DNA of 64,000 nucleotides from Paludibacteraceae bacterium (GTDB lineage Bacteria > Bacteroidota > Bacteroidia > Bacteroidales > Paludibacteraceae): NCBI GenBank assembly GCA_017551025.1, contig JAFZNG010000021.1, positions 12,908 to 76,907 on the forward strand. Direction: 5' to 3'. A model generated the notes under the pieces. It ran no database searches. It was given only the letters and a program-made list of their open reading frames with translations, and was not told where the DNA came from. Position numbers and translations under genes: made by a program. This document shows positions 35,294-46,276 of this stretch, in pieces (the stretch's first letter is position 1; every line of letters starts with the position of its first letter).

Positions 35294-38113
35294 ATGTGCG
35301 CATACGCGAGACATATTATGCTAATGATGGTGGCCCTTACGGTCGCCGTAGGTGGTTGGAGTCAGGTGCGCCAGTCGGAACTGGCTGTGCACCCCGACCA
35401 GTTATCCCCCACCCGACTGAGCGAGATACTGAGCGACACGATACCGGAAGAGGAAGAAGACACCGTGGTCGTCATCCGGCAGAACAACAGCGTCAAGTCG
35501 CCTATACCCTACTCGTCGAACGACTCGATGGTGGTGCATAAAGACGGACGCGCCTTCCTATTCGGACAGGGTAACATCAAATTCGAAGGCATGGAGCTGC
35601 AGAGCGAATATATCCGCATGAACATGGACAGCAACACCATCTACGCCACCGGACGGTATGACTCGATCAACGACGAATGGATCGGACGCCCCGTATTCAA
35701 GGACGATAAAGACAGCTACAACGCCAACGAGATGGTCTATAACCTGCAGACGCAAAAAGGCTTTATCAAAAACGTCGTAACCCAACAAGGCGAGGGCTAC
35801 ATCATTGCGGAGAAAGCCAAGAAAGTAGGTGACGACGTGCTCATGATGGCGGGCGGAAAATATACGACCTGCGATCAGCACGACCATCCGCACTTCTACC
35901 TGCGTATGACCAAAGCCAAGGTGAAGCCGGGCGACTACGTAGCAACCGGACCGGCGTATATGGTAGTGGGTGAAGTGCCGCTACCGCTGGCCATACCCTT
36001 CGGTTTCTTCCCGTTCACCAACAAATACTCGAGCGGCCTTATCATGCCGAACTTCGGCGACGACGGCACGCGCGGATTATACCTCAGCGGACTGGGCTAC
36101 TACTTCGCCATCAACGACTATATCGACCTGGAGATAAAAGGCGACATCTACTCGAAGGGTACCTGGGCCATCTATGCCAACAGCCGGTATACCAAGCGCT
36201 ACGCCTTCAACGGCAACATCGCGCTGGCCTACCGCAACGATGTGACGGGCGAAAAAGACATGCCGGACTACCAGAAACGCACCAATTTCTCGGTACGATG
36301 GACCCATACGCAGGATGCGAAAGCCAATCCGTACTGCAACTTCTCCGCCAGCGTTAACTTCTCGACCAGCGGTTACAACCGGTCGAACATCAACAGCTAC
36401 TACAACCCGTCGCTATACTCGGAAAACGAGAAGAGTTCGTCGATCAACTACACGCAACGCTTCCCCAACAGTCCGTGGAACATCAGCCTGACGATGAATA
36501 TCAACCAGCGTACCAAAGACTCGACAATATCGATGACCTTGCCTCAACTAACCGTAAGCATGAGCAAGATATACCCCTTCAAGCGCAAGAAAGCCGTGGG
36601 CAAAGAGAAATGGTACGAGAAGATAGGCTTCAGCTACACGGGCGAAGGACGTATCTCGGTAAGCAGCATCAAAGAATCGAAACTGCTGCACTCGGACTTC
36701 CTGCGCGACTGGCAGACCGGACTGAAACACTCTATACCGGGTGTGTCGGCCACGTTCACGCTATTCAAATACCTGAACATAACGCCCTCGATCAGTCTGA
36801 CAGACCGTATGTACTTCCAGCGTATCGACCGCACCTTCGACGAAGAACAACAGCAACTGATGATGGACACAACCAACGGTTTCTACAACGTGTTTAACTT
36901 CGATGTCGGACTGAGTATGTCCACCAAGCTATACGGTTTCTACACGCCCTCGAAGAAACTGTTCCCGAACAGCAAAGTGGAGAAGTTCCGACACGTAATC
37001 ACGCCGACGGTATCGTTCAGTTACCACCCCGACTTCGGTAAGGCAGGTTGGGGCTACTACGGGGCGTACGACGAACCGGTGTATAGTGGTATCGATTCCG
37101 TCACGGGTCGCAAGATCCAGAAAACAGACGATCTGGGCAATCCGATATATGTGCATCAGACCTACTCGCGCTTCTCGAACGGCATCTACGGCAACGCACC
37201 GCAGGGCGCCGCCGCCAGTCTGCATTTCTCGATCGACAACAACCTGGAGATGAAGATTGTCAACCGCAAAGATACGACAGGCGAGCAGCCGTTTAAGGTA
37301 GTAAGTCTGATCGACCAGTTCAGCATCTCGGGCGGATACAACTTCGTAGCCGACTCGATGAATTGGGAGCGGTTTAATATTACCCTACGCTTCAAGACCC
37401 CATGGCTGAAAGCGCTACCGAGTATCTCGCTGCGCACGACGCTGGATCCGTATATGTACGAACTGAACGCCTTCGGACGACCGGTACGTACCAACAAGCA
37501 GTACTGGCACAACAAACGTTTCCCCCACTGGAGCGGAACGGGATTCCAGTTCAGCTATACGTTCAACAACAACACCTTCAAGGAGTGGTTCGGCAAGAAA
37601 GACAAAGCCAAACACGAAGGCGAAGAGGACGAGAACAAGCCCTTCACCGTCAATGATGACGGCACGGGTAACAACGGCAAGGTGCACGATCACGACCACA
37701 GCAAAGAACCGGACACAGAAGTGGATGACGGCTACGTAAAGACCAAGATACAATGGAGCCTGAGCTTCAACTACTCGATCAACTACGGCGCAGGAAGTAC
37801 ATTCGACTATGACAAGATGTACTACAAGATGGAGTGGACCCAGTACCTGAGCCTGAGCGGAAACATATCGCTGGGCGAGGGATGGAAAGTAAGTGCGAGC
37901 ACGACATTCGACTTCAAGCGCAAGAAGTTCAACACCGCTACGTTTAACGTAAGCCGCGACCTGCATTGCTGGAATATGACCGCCAGTTTTGTGCCCTTTG
38001 GGCCAAACAAGAGTTATACCTTCCATATCGGCGTCAACGCCTCGATGCTGGCCGACCTGAAGTATGACAAGTCGAGCTATGACTCGACGAACAAACGCGT
38101 CACATGGTGGTAA
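35294..38113 (+). CDS. LptD/OstA-family LPS-assembly outer-membrane protein (Bacteroidota type)
   Basis: OstA-like N-terminus (VVHKDGRAFLFGQGNIKFEGMELQSEYIRMNMDSNTIYATG) followed by a long beta-barrel. The track start at 35246 is a TTG in the -33 box. In-frame ATGs occur at 35294, 35318 and 35324. Confidence 0.75.
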   Translation: MCAYARHIMLMMVALTVAVGGWSQVRQSELAVHPDQLSPTRLSEILSDTIPEEEEDTVVVIRQNNSVKSPIPYSSNDSMVVHKDGRAFLFGQGNIKFEGMELQSEYIRMNMDSNTIYATGRYDSINDEWIGRPVFKDDKDSYNANEMVYNLQTQKGFIKNVVTQQGEGYIIAEKAKKVGDDVLMMAGGKYTTCDQHDHPHFYLRMTKAKVKPGDYVATGPAYMVVGEVPLPLAIPFGFFPFTNKYSSGLIMPNFGDDGTRGLYLSGLGYYFAINDYIDLEIKGDIYSKGTWAIYANSRYTKRYAFNGNIALAYRNDVTGEKDMPDYQKRTNFSVRWTHTQDAKANPYCNFSASVNFSTSGYNRSNINSYYNPSLYSENEKSSSINYTQRFPNSPWNISLTMNINQRTKDSTISMTLPQLTVSMSKIYPFKRKKAVGKEKWYEKIGFSYTGEGRISVSSIKESKLLHSDFLRDWQTGLKHSIPGVSATFTLFKYLNITPSISLTDRMYFQRIDRTFDEEQQQLMMDTTNGFYNVFNFDVGLSMSTKLYGFYTPSKKLFPNSKVEKFRHVITPTVSFSYHPDFGKAGWGYYGAYDEPVYSGIDSVTGRKIQKTDDLGNPIYVHQTYSRFSNGIYGNAPQGAAASLHFSIDNNLEMKIVNRKDTTGEQPFKVVSLIDQFSISGGYNFVADSMNWERFNITLRFKTPWLKALPSISLRTTLDPYMYELNAFGRPVRTNKQYWHNKRFPHWSGTGFQFSYTFNNNTFKEWFGKKDKAKHEGEEDENKPFTVNDDGTGNNGKVHDHDHSKEPDTEVDDGYVKTKIQWSLSFNYSINYGAGSTFDYDKMYYKMEWTQYLSLSGNISLGEGWKVSASTTFDFKRKKFNTATFNVSRDLHCWNMTASFVPFGPNKSYTFHIGVNASMLADLKYDKSSYDSTNKRVTWW

Positions 38114-38115
38114 TA

Positions 38116-38143
38116 GAAATTAAAAATTAAAAATTGAAAATTA
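38116..38143. repeat. Tandem heptamer AAAATTA x4, intergenic
   Basis: gaaatta aaaatta aaaattg aaaatta. Confidence 0.85.
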
Positions 38144-38144
38144 T

Positions 38145-38720
38145 ATGATTGAAAATCAGAAAGTAGTAACGGCGACATACGAATTGTATGTAGCGGGAGA
38201 GAATGGTGGCGAAGAACTCTTTGAGCAGGCCACCGCAGAACGTCCTTTGACCTACTGCCAGGGCGAAGGCATGATGTTGCCCGCCTTTGAGGCACAGATG
38301 GCCGGTAAGGAACAAGGCGACAACTTTGACTTCACCATCGCATGCCAGGACGCCTACGGCGACTATGACGAGCAGGGATTGCAAACCCTACCGAAAGCAA
38401 TCTTCCACGATGGCGACGGCCAGTTTGACGAAGAACGCGTCTTCCCCGGCAACGTCATTCCGATGACGACCGTCGACGGACAAATCGTCAACGCCATGGT
38501 GCTGGAAGTGGGCGAGAAAGACGTGACCATCGACCTGAACCATCCCCTGGCCGGAGAAGATATGCACTTCGTGGGCAAGATCTTGGAGGTACGCGACGTC
38601 ACGCCGGAAGAGCTGGAACAGATACGTCATCCACACCACAGATGCGGCAAGTGCTGCGGCAAGAAAGAGAAAGCCTGCGGCGGCAGTTGTGAGAAGCATT
38701 GCGGGAAAGAATCCGAATAA
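38145..38720 (+). CDS. slyD: FKBP-type peptidyl-prolyl isomerase, SlyD-like, with a Cys/His-rich tail
   Basis: FKBP/IF core, then the tail HPHHRCGKCCGKKEKACGGSCEKHCGK. Confidence 0.8.
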   Translation: MIENQKVVTATYELYVAGENGGEELFEQATAERPLTYCQGEGMMLPAFEAQMAGKEQGDNFDFTIACQDAYGDYDEQGLQTLPKAIFHDGDGQFDEERVFPGNVIPMTTVDGQIVNAMVLEVGEKDVTIDLNHPLAGEDMHFVGKILEVRDVTPEELEQIRHPHHRCGKCCGKKEKACGGSCEKHCGKESE

Positions 38721-38766
38721 TCAGAGTAATCTGAATAATCCGATTAATCCGAATAATCAGAATAAT
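38713..38766. repeat. Tandem 9-mer CYGAATAAT x6
   Basis: ccgaataat cagagtaat ctgaataat ccgattaat ccgaataat cagaataat. The array starts in the last slyD codons. Confidence 0.9.
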
Positions 38767-38777
38767 TTTTTAAAACT

Positions 38778-40091
38778 ATGGCAAATATTGTAGCGATAGT
38801 GGGTCGTCCCAACGTAGGGAAATCGACCCTATTCAACCGCCTGACGGGAACACGCCGGGCGATCGTCATGAACACAGCCGGCACGACACGTGACCGTCAG
38901 TACGGTAAGTGCGAATGGTGCGGCAAAGAATTCTCGGTAATAGACACCGGTGGATGGGTGGTCAACTCGGACGACACGTTCGAGAGCGAGATCAATCGTC
39001 AGGTAGACCTGGCAATCCGTGAATCGGACGTCGTACTGCTCGTAGTGGATGTAAACGAAGGTGTCACGCAGTTTGATACCGAAGTAGCCCACCTGTTGCG
39101 TCAGGCTAAGAAGCCGACGGTGCTGGCCGTCAACAAAGTAGATACCTTCGAGCAGCAGTACGGAGCGGCTGATTTCTATAAACTCGGACTGGGCGAACCG
39201 TTTATCCTGTCGGCCGAAAACGGACTGGGTAGCGGAGACCTGCTGGACGAGATCGTCAGCCGTTTTCGCAAGGACGACACCGATGAGGAGATTGACGACC
39301 TGCCACGCTTTGCGATCGTAGGCCGACCGAATGCCGGTAAGTCGAGCATCCTGAACGCTCTGATAGGCGAAGACCGCGCCATCGTGACCGACATTCCGGG
39401 TACGACACGCGACTCGATATACACACGGTATAACAAGTTTGGCAAGGATTTTTACCTGGTTGACACCGCCGGTATACGCAAGAAAGCCAAAGTAACGGAG
39501 GACATGGAGTACTACTCGGTCGTGCGCTCCATCCGTGCGATAGAGAACTCGGACGTATGCATCCTGATGATCGACGCTACACGCGGCATCGAAGCCCAGG
39601 ACCTGAATATCTACTCGCTGGTTCAGAAAAACAAAAAAGGACTAGTGGTATGCGTGAACAAATGGGACTTGGTAGAGAGCAAGACGACAGCGGATATCAA
39701 GGGGTATGAGAACGCTATTCGCGAACGACTGGCTCCGTTTACCGATTTCCCGATTATCTTCTGTTCGGCCCTGACGAAACAGCGTATCTTCAAGGTAATG
39801 GAGACTGCGCTCCACGTCTATGAGAACAAGCAGCGCAAAGTGCCGACGGCGCAACTGAACGACAAGTTCCTGCCGCTAATTGAGAACTACCCGCCACCCG
39901 CCAACAAGGGCAAGTATATCAAGATCAAGTACTGCACCCAGTTGCCTAACACCCAGGTGCCGACCTTCATCTTCTTTGCCAACCTGCCGCAGTACGTCAA
40001 GGAGCCGTATCGCCGGTTCCTGGAAAACAAACTGCGCCAATGGTGGGACTTCAACGGCACACCGGTACAGCTGTTCATCAGAGCAAAGTGA
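38778..40091 (+). CDS. der: Ribosome biogenesis GTPase Der (EngA)
   Basis: Two G domains ([12 protein letters not shown] and [12 protein letters not shown]) and a KH-like C-terminus. Confidence 0.92.
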   Translation: MANIVAIVGRPNVGKSTLFNRLTGTRRAIVMNTAGTTRDRQYGKCEWCGKEFSVIDTGGWVVNSDDTFESEINRQVDLAIRESDVVLLVVDVNEGVTQFDTEVAHLLRQAKKPTVLAVNKVDTFEQQYGAADFYKLGLGEPFILSAENGLGSGDLLDEIVSRFRKDDTDEEIDDLPRFAIVGRPNAGKSSILNALIGEDRAIVTDIPGTTRDSIYTRYNKFGKDFYLVDTAGIRKKAKVTEDMEYYSVVRSIRAIENSDVCILMIDATRGIEAQDLNIYSLVQKNKKGLVVCVNKWDLVESKTTADIKGYENAIRERLAPFTDFPIIFCSALTKQRIFKVMETALHVYENKQRKVPTAQLNDKFLPLIENYPPPANKGKYIKIKYCTQLPNTQVPTFIFFANLPQYVKEPYRRFLENKLRQWWDFNGTPVQLFIRAK

Positions 40092-40127
40092 TATTTTTTA
40101 AGAAAAAGTTAACTTTTTCCTAAAATA

Positions 40128-40159
40128 TTTGCATAATTGAAAAAAAAATAGTAATTTTG
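40128..40159 (+). promoter_or_regulatory. -33/-7 promoter for the FAH-like/porU/porV unit
   Basis: TTTGCAtaattgaaaaaaaatagTAATTTTG. Confidence 0.55.
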
Positions 40160-40177
40160 TGCGCTCTTTGTGGGGTT

Positions 40178-40723
40178 ATGAAGATTATAGGTATCACATA
40201 TCTGGGCGGAACAGCACAAATGGTGCTGAAAGGCGACTCGTCGTTGCTGAACGGAAAGAAGCCCTTCTTCATGCCCGACAATACCGCCGATATACGAGCC
40301 CTGCCGGCTATTATCCTGCGGGTAAGCCGCCTGGGCAAACATATCGAAGAGCGCTTTGCCTCGCGCTACTACGATGCCGTAGCGCCCGGACTGGACCTGA
40401 TAGCCTATGACCGGCTACAAGACGCACAATCCAAAGGGCTTAGTTGGACAGAGGCCACGTGTTTTGACTACTCGATGCCCATAGGCGAATGGGCAGAAGA
40501 GCAAGCGCAATACGAATGGACGATTGACAATCAGCCCTGGGCCGTAGGCGAACTATGCTGCACCCCCGAGCAGGCCATCGCACGTATCAGCCGACTGATG
40601 ACCATCCGGCAAGGTGACCTTATTTATATCGCTGCGGCGCAAGCGCCTACCCCGCTTCGACGCGAACGAGTATTGCGTGCCGGCGAGGGCGAAAGAGAAT
40701 TATTATATTGCAAGATTAAATGA
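40178..40723 (+). CDS. Fumarylacetoacetate hydrolase-family-like protein (weak assignment)
   Basis: 181 aa starting MKIIGITYLGG...KKPFFMPDNT... The track start at 40157 lies in the -7 box. The stop overlaps the porU start as ATGA. Confidence 0.45.
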   Translation: MKIIGITYLGGTAQMVLKGDSSLLNGKKPFFMPDNTADIRALPAIILRVSRLGKHIEERFASRYYDAVAPGLDLIAYDRLQDAQSKGLSWTEATCFDYSMPIGEWAEEQAQYEWTIDNQPWAVGELCCTPEQAIARISRLMTIRQGDLIYIAAAQAPTPLRRERVLRAGEGERELLYCKIK

Positions 40724-43700
40724 AGCGACTGCTGAACATATTGCTAGCGTTATGCCTCACGATAAGTGCGGTAAGAGCCGGTGTACACTCGTATACCGAC
40801 AACTCCGTGCTGAAGACCGGACACTGGGTAAAGATCCAGGTAAGCAGTAGTGGTGTGTGCCGCATGCGATTCGACCAGTTGCGCGATGCCGGTATTGAGC
40901 CGACACAGTTGCGCGTATACGGTTACGGCGGCGCAATGCTGAACCAGGATTTCTCGAAGCGCAAGATAGACGACCTGCCACAAGTGCCGGTCTATACGGG
41001 TGAAGACTATGTACTGTTCTACGTACAGGGCCCGATCAGTTGGACCTACCAGAACAGCCGTTTTGTGCACAGCAAGAACATCTACTCGAACTACGGTTAT
41101 TATTTCTTGACTGACAACGTAGGCAGTCACCTGGAATTGACGCCCGCGGAAGCCCTGACGGGTACGCCCAAGGACGTATATACGTATCAAAATGTCCAGG
41201 TACATGAGTTGGACTCAATCAACCTGGTGGATAAGAGTGGCGTCTCGGGAGGCGGCAAGACCTTCTACGGCGAGCAGTTCACCACCAATCAATCGCGGAC
41301 CTTCCGCTTCGCAACGCCGAATGCAGTAACGAGTGGTAAGAGTTCGGTCTATGTCGACCTGGCCGCCTATGCCACGACGCCGAGCACGTTCCGCGCCGCC
41401 TTGAATGGTAACGAAAACAAGACCGTATCCATCACGGCGCCTTCGACCAGCGACCACTACACCTTCGGTGTGCGCAACGCGATAAGTATGACAGGTACGA
41501 GCGCAAGCACTCAACAGCAAATACAGTTGACCTTCCAGAACACGACGGCCTCCGGCGCACTGGGTTGGCTAAACTATATCGAAGTGCAGACCCCTTGTTC
41601 GCTACGCATGAACGGCGACTGGATGATGATACGCAGCACCGAGAACCTTGGCTCATCGACGCCGATACGTTTCCACCTAGAGAACGCCACCGCCGCTACC
41701 CAAATATGGGATGTGACCAACCGGGCTGCCATCCAGCGCATCCCTGCTACGCTCAACGGTACGGAACTGACATGGATCGGCACCAACCGCGACGATATAC
41801 ATGAATATATCGCAGTAAACACAACGGGTTCGTCGTACGTGAGCGCCACAACGATAGGCGAGGTCAGCAACCAGAACCTGCACCGTCTGCGCAACACAGA
41901 CTATGTCATCATCTGTCCGAACGGATATGAGGCCGAGGCGCAACGCCTGGCACAAGCCCACGAACAGAAACAAGGTATCACTTGGGCCGTCGTGACCGAC
42001 CAACAGGTATATAACGAGTTCTCGTCCGGTACGCCGGATGCTACGGCCTACAGATGGCTCATGAAGATGCTATACGACCGCGCCAACAACGGTGACGGCC
42101 AAAAGCCACGCTGGTTGCTACTCATGGGTCACGGCTCGTTTGACAATAGGAATATTTGCGTAGATCCCCAAACAGGCGTCTCCTATTCCGGCAGCAAACT
42201 GTTGCTCACCTATCAGGCCAACAACTCGCTCAACGAAGTGCAGGCCTATGCTACCGACGACTATTTCGGATGGCTCGATGATAACGAGGGTACGAGTGAC
42301 AATCTCGCCCGCATGGATGTCGGTGTAGGACGACTGCCGGTGGAGAGCGTGGAAGAGGCCACGACAACAGTAGACAAACTGATTCGGTACATGCAAAACA
42401 TGGAGCCCGGCAAATGGAAAAACCAGTTGGTATACCTGGCCGATGACGGCGACGGAGGCGATCATACGAAAACCGCAGAGGGAAGTGCGGAAGAGGTACG
42501 TGTACAGAACCCCGACTTCGTAGTGCACAAGGTTTACCTGGATGCTTATCCGCAGGAGACGAATGCCTCGGGCGAGAGTTATCCCTTGGCCAAGAACAGG
42601 ATACAGAATCTGCTGAAGAACGGTGTGCTCTTCTTCGACTATTCGGGTCACGGAGGCTATAACGGCGTGACAAGTGAGTCGGTACTGCTTCGTGCGGATA
42701 TCGACAAGATGAACAACAAGAATCTGGGATTCTGGTTCTTTGCAACGTGTAACTTTGCCCAGTTTGACGGTGGACGTCGTTGTGCCGCCGAGGCTGCCAT
42801 GCTGAATCCGAACGGAGGAGCGGTAGGCGTATTTGCCGCTACGCGTACGGTATATGCTGACCAGAACACGAAGCTGAACCGCGCGGTGACAAACCAACTA
42901 TTCAAGCACTCGGACACCTTCCACTACGAGGCTACGCTGGGCGAAGCCATCATGGAGGGCAAGAACAAACTGAGCGATGACAACAAACTAGCCTACGTAC
43001 TGCTGGGCGACCCGGCGATACGCCTGAACTACCCGACCGACTACTGGGTAGAGACCCTCACAGAAATAGATACGCTGAACGCACTGAGTATACAGCAGGT
43101 AGAAGGACGAATCATCGATGAAGACAGCACGCTGGTGAGCGATTTCAACGGTACGCTGGATATCACTATCTACGATAAGATGCAAGTCATCACCACCCGC
43201 GATAACGACGACAAGACGGGAGAGCCGACCGAAATACCGTATAACGACTACCCGAACACGATCTATACAGGTTCGACCACCGTAACGGACGGACAATTTA
43301 CGTACACCTTCATGGTACCGAAAGACATCCGCTACAACTACGGCCATGGACGTATCGTCTATTATGCACACGACGACACGTACAACCTGGATGCCGTAGG
43401 TCACTCGGAGCAATTGATCATCGGCGGCACAAGCAACATCGTATGTGCGGACACTACGGGTCCGGAGATGAACATTTACCTGAACAGTACTGCTTTCCGC
43501 GATGGCGACCATACCTACCCCACACCGCGCTTCTTTGCCGACCTCCAAGACGAGAACGGCATCAACACCGCGGGTGCCGGTATCGGACACGACCTGATGC
43601 TCATCATCGACAACGACCCGAAACAGACCTATACAGTCAATGACTACTTCACCTCGGCGAACAGCAGTTACCGTGCCGGCCAAGTGAGCTATCTGCTCTC

Positions 43701-44091
43701 CGCCCTACCGGACGGTCCGCACAGCCTGAGTTTCCGTGCATGGGACCTTCTGAACAACAGCACAACGAAGAGTCTGAACTTCGTAGTAGAATCCGGACTC
43801 GATCCGTCGATCTATTCCGTAACAACCTATCCCAATCCCGTGCATCAGTCGGGCGTCATGACGATGGCCGTACTGTATGACCAGCCGGATGAGTTGCTCA
43901 CGACCGATGTATATATCTACAACCTGAGCGGCCAAATGATCTGGCACCACACACAAGACAATCCCGATCAACTGCAAATCAACCTGGGCGAACTGGGCAT
44001 GCAGCCGGGCGTATATGTCTATAGCATACGTATCAAATCCGCCACGAGCAAGTATAGTACCTGCTCGGGCAAGATCATAGTCACCAAGTGA
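40720..44091 (+). CDS. porU: Type IX secretion system sortase PorU (C25-like peptidase)
   Basis: 1123 aa with a signal peptide, the N-terminal LKTGHWVKIQV..GVCRM block, a gingipain-like core, a C-terminal CTD-like end, and porV immediately downstream. Confidence 0.8.
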   Translation: MKRLLNILLALCLTISAVRAGVHSYTDNSVLKTGHWVKIQVSSSGVCRMRFDQLRDAGIEPTQLRVYGYGGAMLNQDFSKRKIDDLPQVPVYTGEDYVLFYVQGPISWTYQNSRFVHSKNIYSNYGYYFLTDNVGSHLELTPAEALTGTPKDVYTYQNVQVHELDSINLVDKSGVSGGGKTFYGEQFTTNQSRTFRFATPNAVTSGKSSVYVDLAAYATTPSTFRAALNGNENKTVSITAPSTSDHYTFGVRNAISMTGTSASTQQQIQLTFQNTTASGALGWLNYIEVQTPCSLRMNGDWMMIRSTENLGSSTPIRFHLENATAATQIWDVTNRAAIQRIPATLNGTELTWIGTNRDDIHEYIAVNTTGSSYVSATTIGEVSNQNLHRLRNTDYVIICPNGYEAEAQRLAQAHEQKQGITWAVVTDQQVYNEFSSGTPDATAYRWLMKMLYDRANNGDGQKPRWLLLMGHGSFDNRNICVDPQTGVSYSGSKLLLTYQANNSLNEVQAYATDDYFGWLDDNEGTSDNLARMDVGVGRLPVESVEEATTTVDKLIRYMQNMEPGKWKNQLVYLADDGDGGDHTKTAEGSAEEVRVQNPDFVVHKVYLDAYPQETNASGESYPLAKNRIQNLLKNGVLFFDYSGHGGYNGVTSESVLLRADIDKMNNKNLGFWFFATCNFAQFDGGRRCAAEAAMLNPNGGAVGVFAATRTVYADQNTKLNRAVTNQLFKHSDTFHYEATLGEAIMEGKNKLSDDNKLAYVLLGDPAIRLNYPTDYWVETLTEIDTLNALSIQQVEGRIIDEDSTLVSDFNGTLDITIYDKMQVITTRDNDDKTGEPTEIPYNDYPNTIYTGSTTVTDGQFTYTFMVPKDIRYNYGHGRIVYYAHDDTYNLDAVGHSEQLIIGGTSNIVCADTTGPEMNIYLNSTAFRDGDHTYPTPRFFADLQDENGINTAGAGIGHDLMLIIDNDPKQTYTVNDYFTSANSSYRAGQVSYLLSALPDGPHSLSFRAWDLLNNSTTKSLNFVVESGLDPSIYSVTTYPNPVHQSGVMTMAVLYDQPDELLTTDVYIYNLSGQMIWHHTQDNPDQLQINLGELGMQPGVYVYSIRIKSATSKYSTCSGKIIVTK

Positions 44092-44124
44092 ATTGATAAT
44101 TGAAAATTGATAATTGAAAATTAT
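44091..44124. repeat. Tandem 14-mer ATTGATAATTGAAA x2
   Basis: Lies between porU and porV. Confidence 0.85.
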
Positions 44125-44191
44125 GCCTATGAAGCATTTTTAAGTGGATTTTTTTAATAAGACAAATAATAATCAAAAAATAAACAACACA

Positions 44192-45388
44192 ATGAAAAGA
44201 ATTATTTTATCTCTCGCAGCCGTCCTGTGTATCGGTATGAGTGCATGGGCGGTGGACGAAACGATGAACCCGCTGATCACATCGATGCCGTCGCTCTCTA
44301 TCGCCCCTGATGCCCGTGCAGCAGGTATGGGTGACCTGGGTGTAGCGACGCAGTCGGACTACAACGCGCAGTACTGGAACCCTGCCAAGTATGCATACAA
44401 TAGCAGCAAGGGAGCCATCAATGCCAGCTACACGCCGTGGTTGCGCAAACTGGTGTCGGATATCGATCTGGCATATATCGCAGGATTCTACAACTTCGGT
44501 GACCTGGCCGGTGGTATCGGTGCAAGCTTCACGTACTTCTCGCTGGGTGATGTAGCGCTGACGAATGCCAGTGGTGACAAGATCCAGGATGTACGTCCCA
44601 ACGAGTGGGCACTGGACCTGAGCTACTACCGCAAGTTGCACGAGTACGTTTCGATGGCCGTAGCCGTTCGCTTTATGTACAGCGACCTGAATAACGGTTC
44701 GAACAGTTCGATAAGTGGCGGTACGGAGATGTATCCGGCATGGACGATGGCCGCTGATGTTTCGCTCTACTATCGTCAGCCGATCGACCTGAAGATGGGA
44801 ACCAGTTATTTTGCTTTAGGTTTCAGTCTGAAGAATCTGGGTGGTAAGATGACCTACGACAAGGTGACGCAGAATTTCATTCCTGCCAGCCTGAATATCG
44901 GTGCCAGCTACGAGTTGCCGTTCGACAAGTACAACTCGTTAACCTTTAACGTAGAGGCTAACAAATTGATGGTTCCTAGCCGCAAATCGCGCTATACGGA
45001 AGGTTTTAACGCAAACGACGAGAAGACCTGGCAAATGTCGCAGGATGCTTACTCGGAACTGAACTCGGCCAAGGGTTGGTTCCAGTCGTTCAACGATGCT
45101 CCTGGCGGTGCCGCAGAGGAGTTTAAAGAGGTACGTTGGGGTGCCGGTCTGGAATACACCTACAATAAGCAGTTCTTTGCACGTGCCGGTTATAGCTACG
45201 AGAACTACTACAAAGGTAACCGTAACTATGTGACGCTGGGTGCTGGTTTCCACCTCTCGATCGTCAGTCTGGACTTTGCCTACTGTGTAGGTCTGGCCGC
45301 ATCGAACCCGCTTGACCAAACGATGCGATTCACGCTTGGCTTCGACCTAGCCGGTATCAAAGACCTGGTGGATAACAAGAAGAAATAA
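44192..45388 (+). CDS. porV: Type IX secretion outer-membrane shuttle protein PorV (LptO)
   Basis: Signal peptide MKRIILSLAAVLCIGMSAWA, then PSLSIAPDARAAGMGDLGVAT and a beta-barrel. The track start at 44144 is a GTG. Confidence 0.85.
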   Translation: MKRIILSLAAVLCIGMSAWAVDETMNPLITSMPSLSIAPDARAAGMGDLGVATQSDYNAQYWNPAKYAYNSSKGAINASYTPWLRKLVSDIDLAYIAGFYNFGDLAGGIGASFTYFSLGDVALTNASGDKIQDVRPNEWALDLSYYRKLHEYVSMAVAVRFMYSDLNNGSNSSISGGTEMYPAWTMAADVSLYYRQPIDLKMGTSYFALGFSLKNLGGKMTYDKVTQNFIPASLNIGASYELPFDKYNSLTFNVEANKLMVPSRKSRYTEGFNANDEKTWQMSQDAYSELNSAKGWFQSFNDAPGGAAEEFKEVRWGAGLEYTYNKQFFARAGYSYENYYKGNRNYVTLGAGFHLSIVSLDFAYCVGLAASNPLDQTMRFTLGFDLAGIKDLVDNKKK

Positions 45389-45413
45389 CCGGATCGCATC
45401 CGAAGACAGTTAT

Positions 45414-45884
45414 ATGCGTATCGGATACGGATATGATGTGCATCAATTCGCCCCTGACCGCAAATTGTGGTTAGGGGGAATTGAGGTGCCTGCAGACAAA
45501 GGTCTCTTGGGACACTCGGATGCCGATGTAGCAATCCATGCCCTGTGCGACGCCTTGTTAGGTGCCGCTGCAATGCGCGATCTTGGTTATCATTTCCCCG
45601 ACACGAAGGGCAATGAATACGAAGGAATAGATTCTAAGATACTGTTGCGGCGCGTAATGGACATGATTCGCAAGGCGGGTTACGAACTCGGCAACTGCGA
45701 CCTGACCATTTGTGCCCAAACACCAAAACTAAGTCCGTATATCGAAGACATGCGCAAATGTCTGAGCGAGACCATGCGTGTGGACATATCCCAAGTATCT
45801 GTCAAAGCCACAACAACCGAGCACCTGGGATTCGTAGGACGGAAAGAAGGTATTGCGGCGCATGCCGTTGTATTGATCGTATGA
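45414..45884 (+). CDS. ispF: 2-C-methyl-D-erythritol 2,4-cyclodiphosphate synthase
   Basis: MRIGYGYDVHQF...GHSDADVAIHALCDALLGA. Confidence 0.92.
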   Translation: MRIGYGYDVHQFAPDRKLWLGGIEVPADKGLLGHSDADVAIHALCDALLGAAAMRDLGYHFPDTKGNEYEGIDSKILLRRVMDMIRKAGYELGNCDLTICAQTPKLSPYIEDMRKCLSETMRVDISQVSVKATTTEHLGFVGRKEGIAAHAVVLIV

Positions 45885-46273
45885 AGAAAGCACTACTATT
45901 CATAGCCCTATTGGTTGCCAACCTGGTCATAGCCGATCCGGTAGAGCCGCTGATGGAATTCTTGCGCGACCTGCACGGTGCGCCCGAGATACTGGAGCAG
46001 ACGGAGGAGTACCTCTACGTGCGCATGGCGGAAGAGTGCTATTACCATGTCTATTCGCCTGCAGAAGCAGACAGCATCGTGCTGATACAGACTGTCTGCG
46101 CACCAATATGTTCCTCGTGCGTGCGCGTATATAATAAGGAATGGGAACTGCTCCGTCAGGTATGGCCAACGCGTCGTGGCATCTTCCAGGAAGCCACCTT
46201 CCGCGACGGACAGATCTACTGGATTGACCATACATCCGAATACCTGGATGAGGAGGAGAAGCAACGTCAGTAG
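45881..46273 (+). CDS. Hypothetical secreted protein (130 aa)
   Basis: Signal peptide MKKALLFIALLVANLVIA. The ATG overlaps the ispF stop as ATGA. Confidence 0.5.
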   Translation: MKKALLFIALLVANLVIADPVEPLMEFLRDLHGAPEILEQTEEYLYVRMAEECYYHVYSPAEADSIVLIQTVCAPICSSCVRVYNKEWELLRQVWPTRRGIFQEATFRDGQIYWIDHTSEYLDEEEKQRQ

Positions 46274-46276
46274 GAC

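Noticed and set aside
45710-45880. The long form of ORF 45710..46273, which overlaps ispF.
   Set aside because: The first 57 codons lie inside ispF in another frame. The ATG at 45881 gives a clean signal peptide and an ATGA overlap with the ispF stop.
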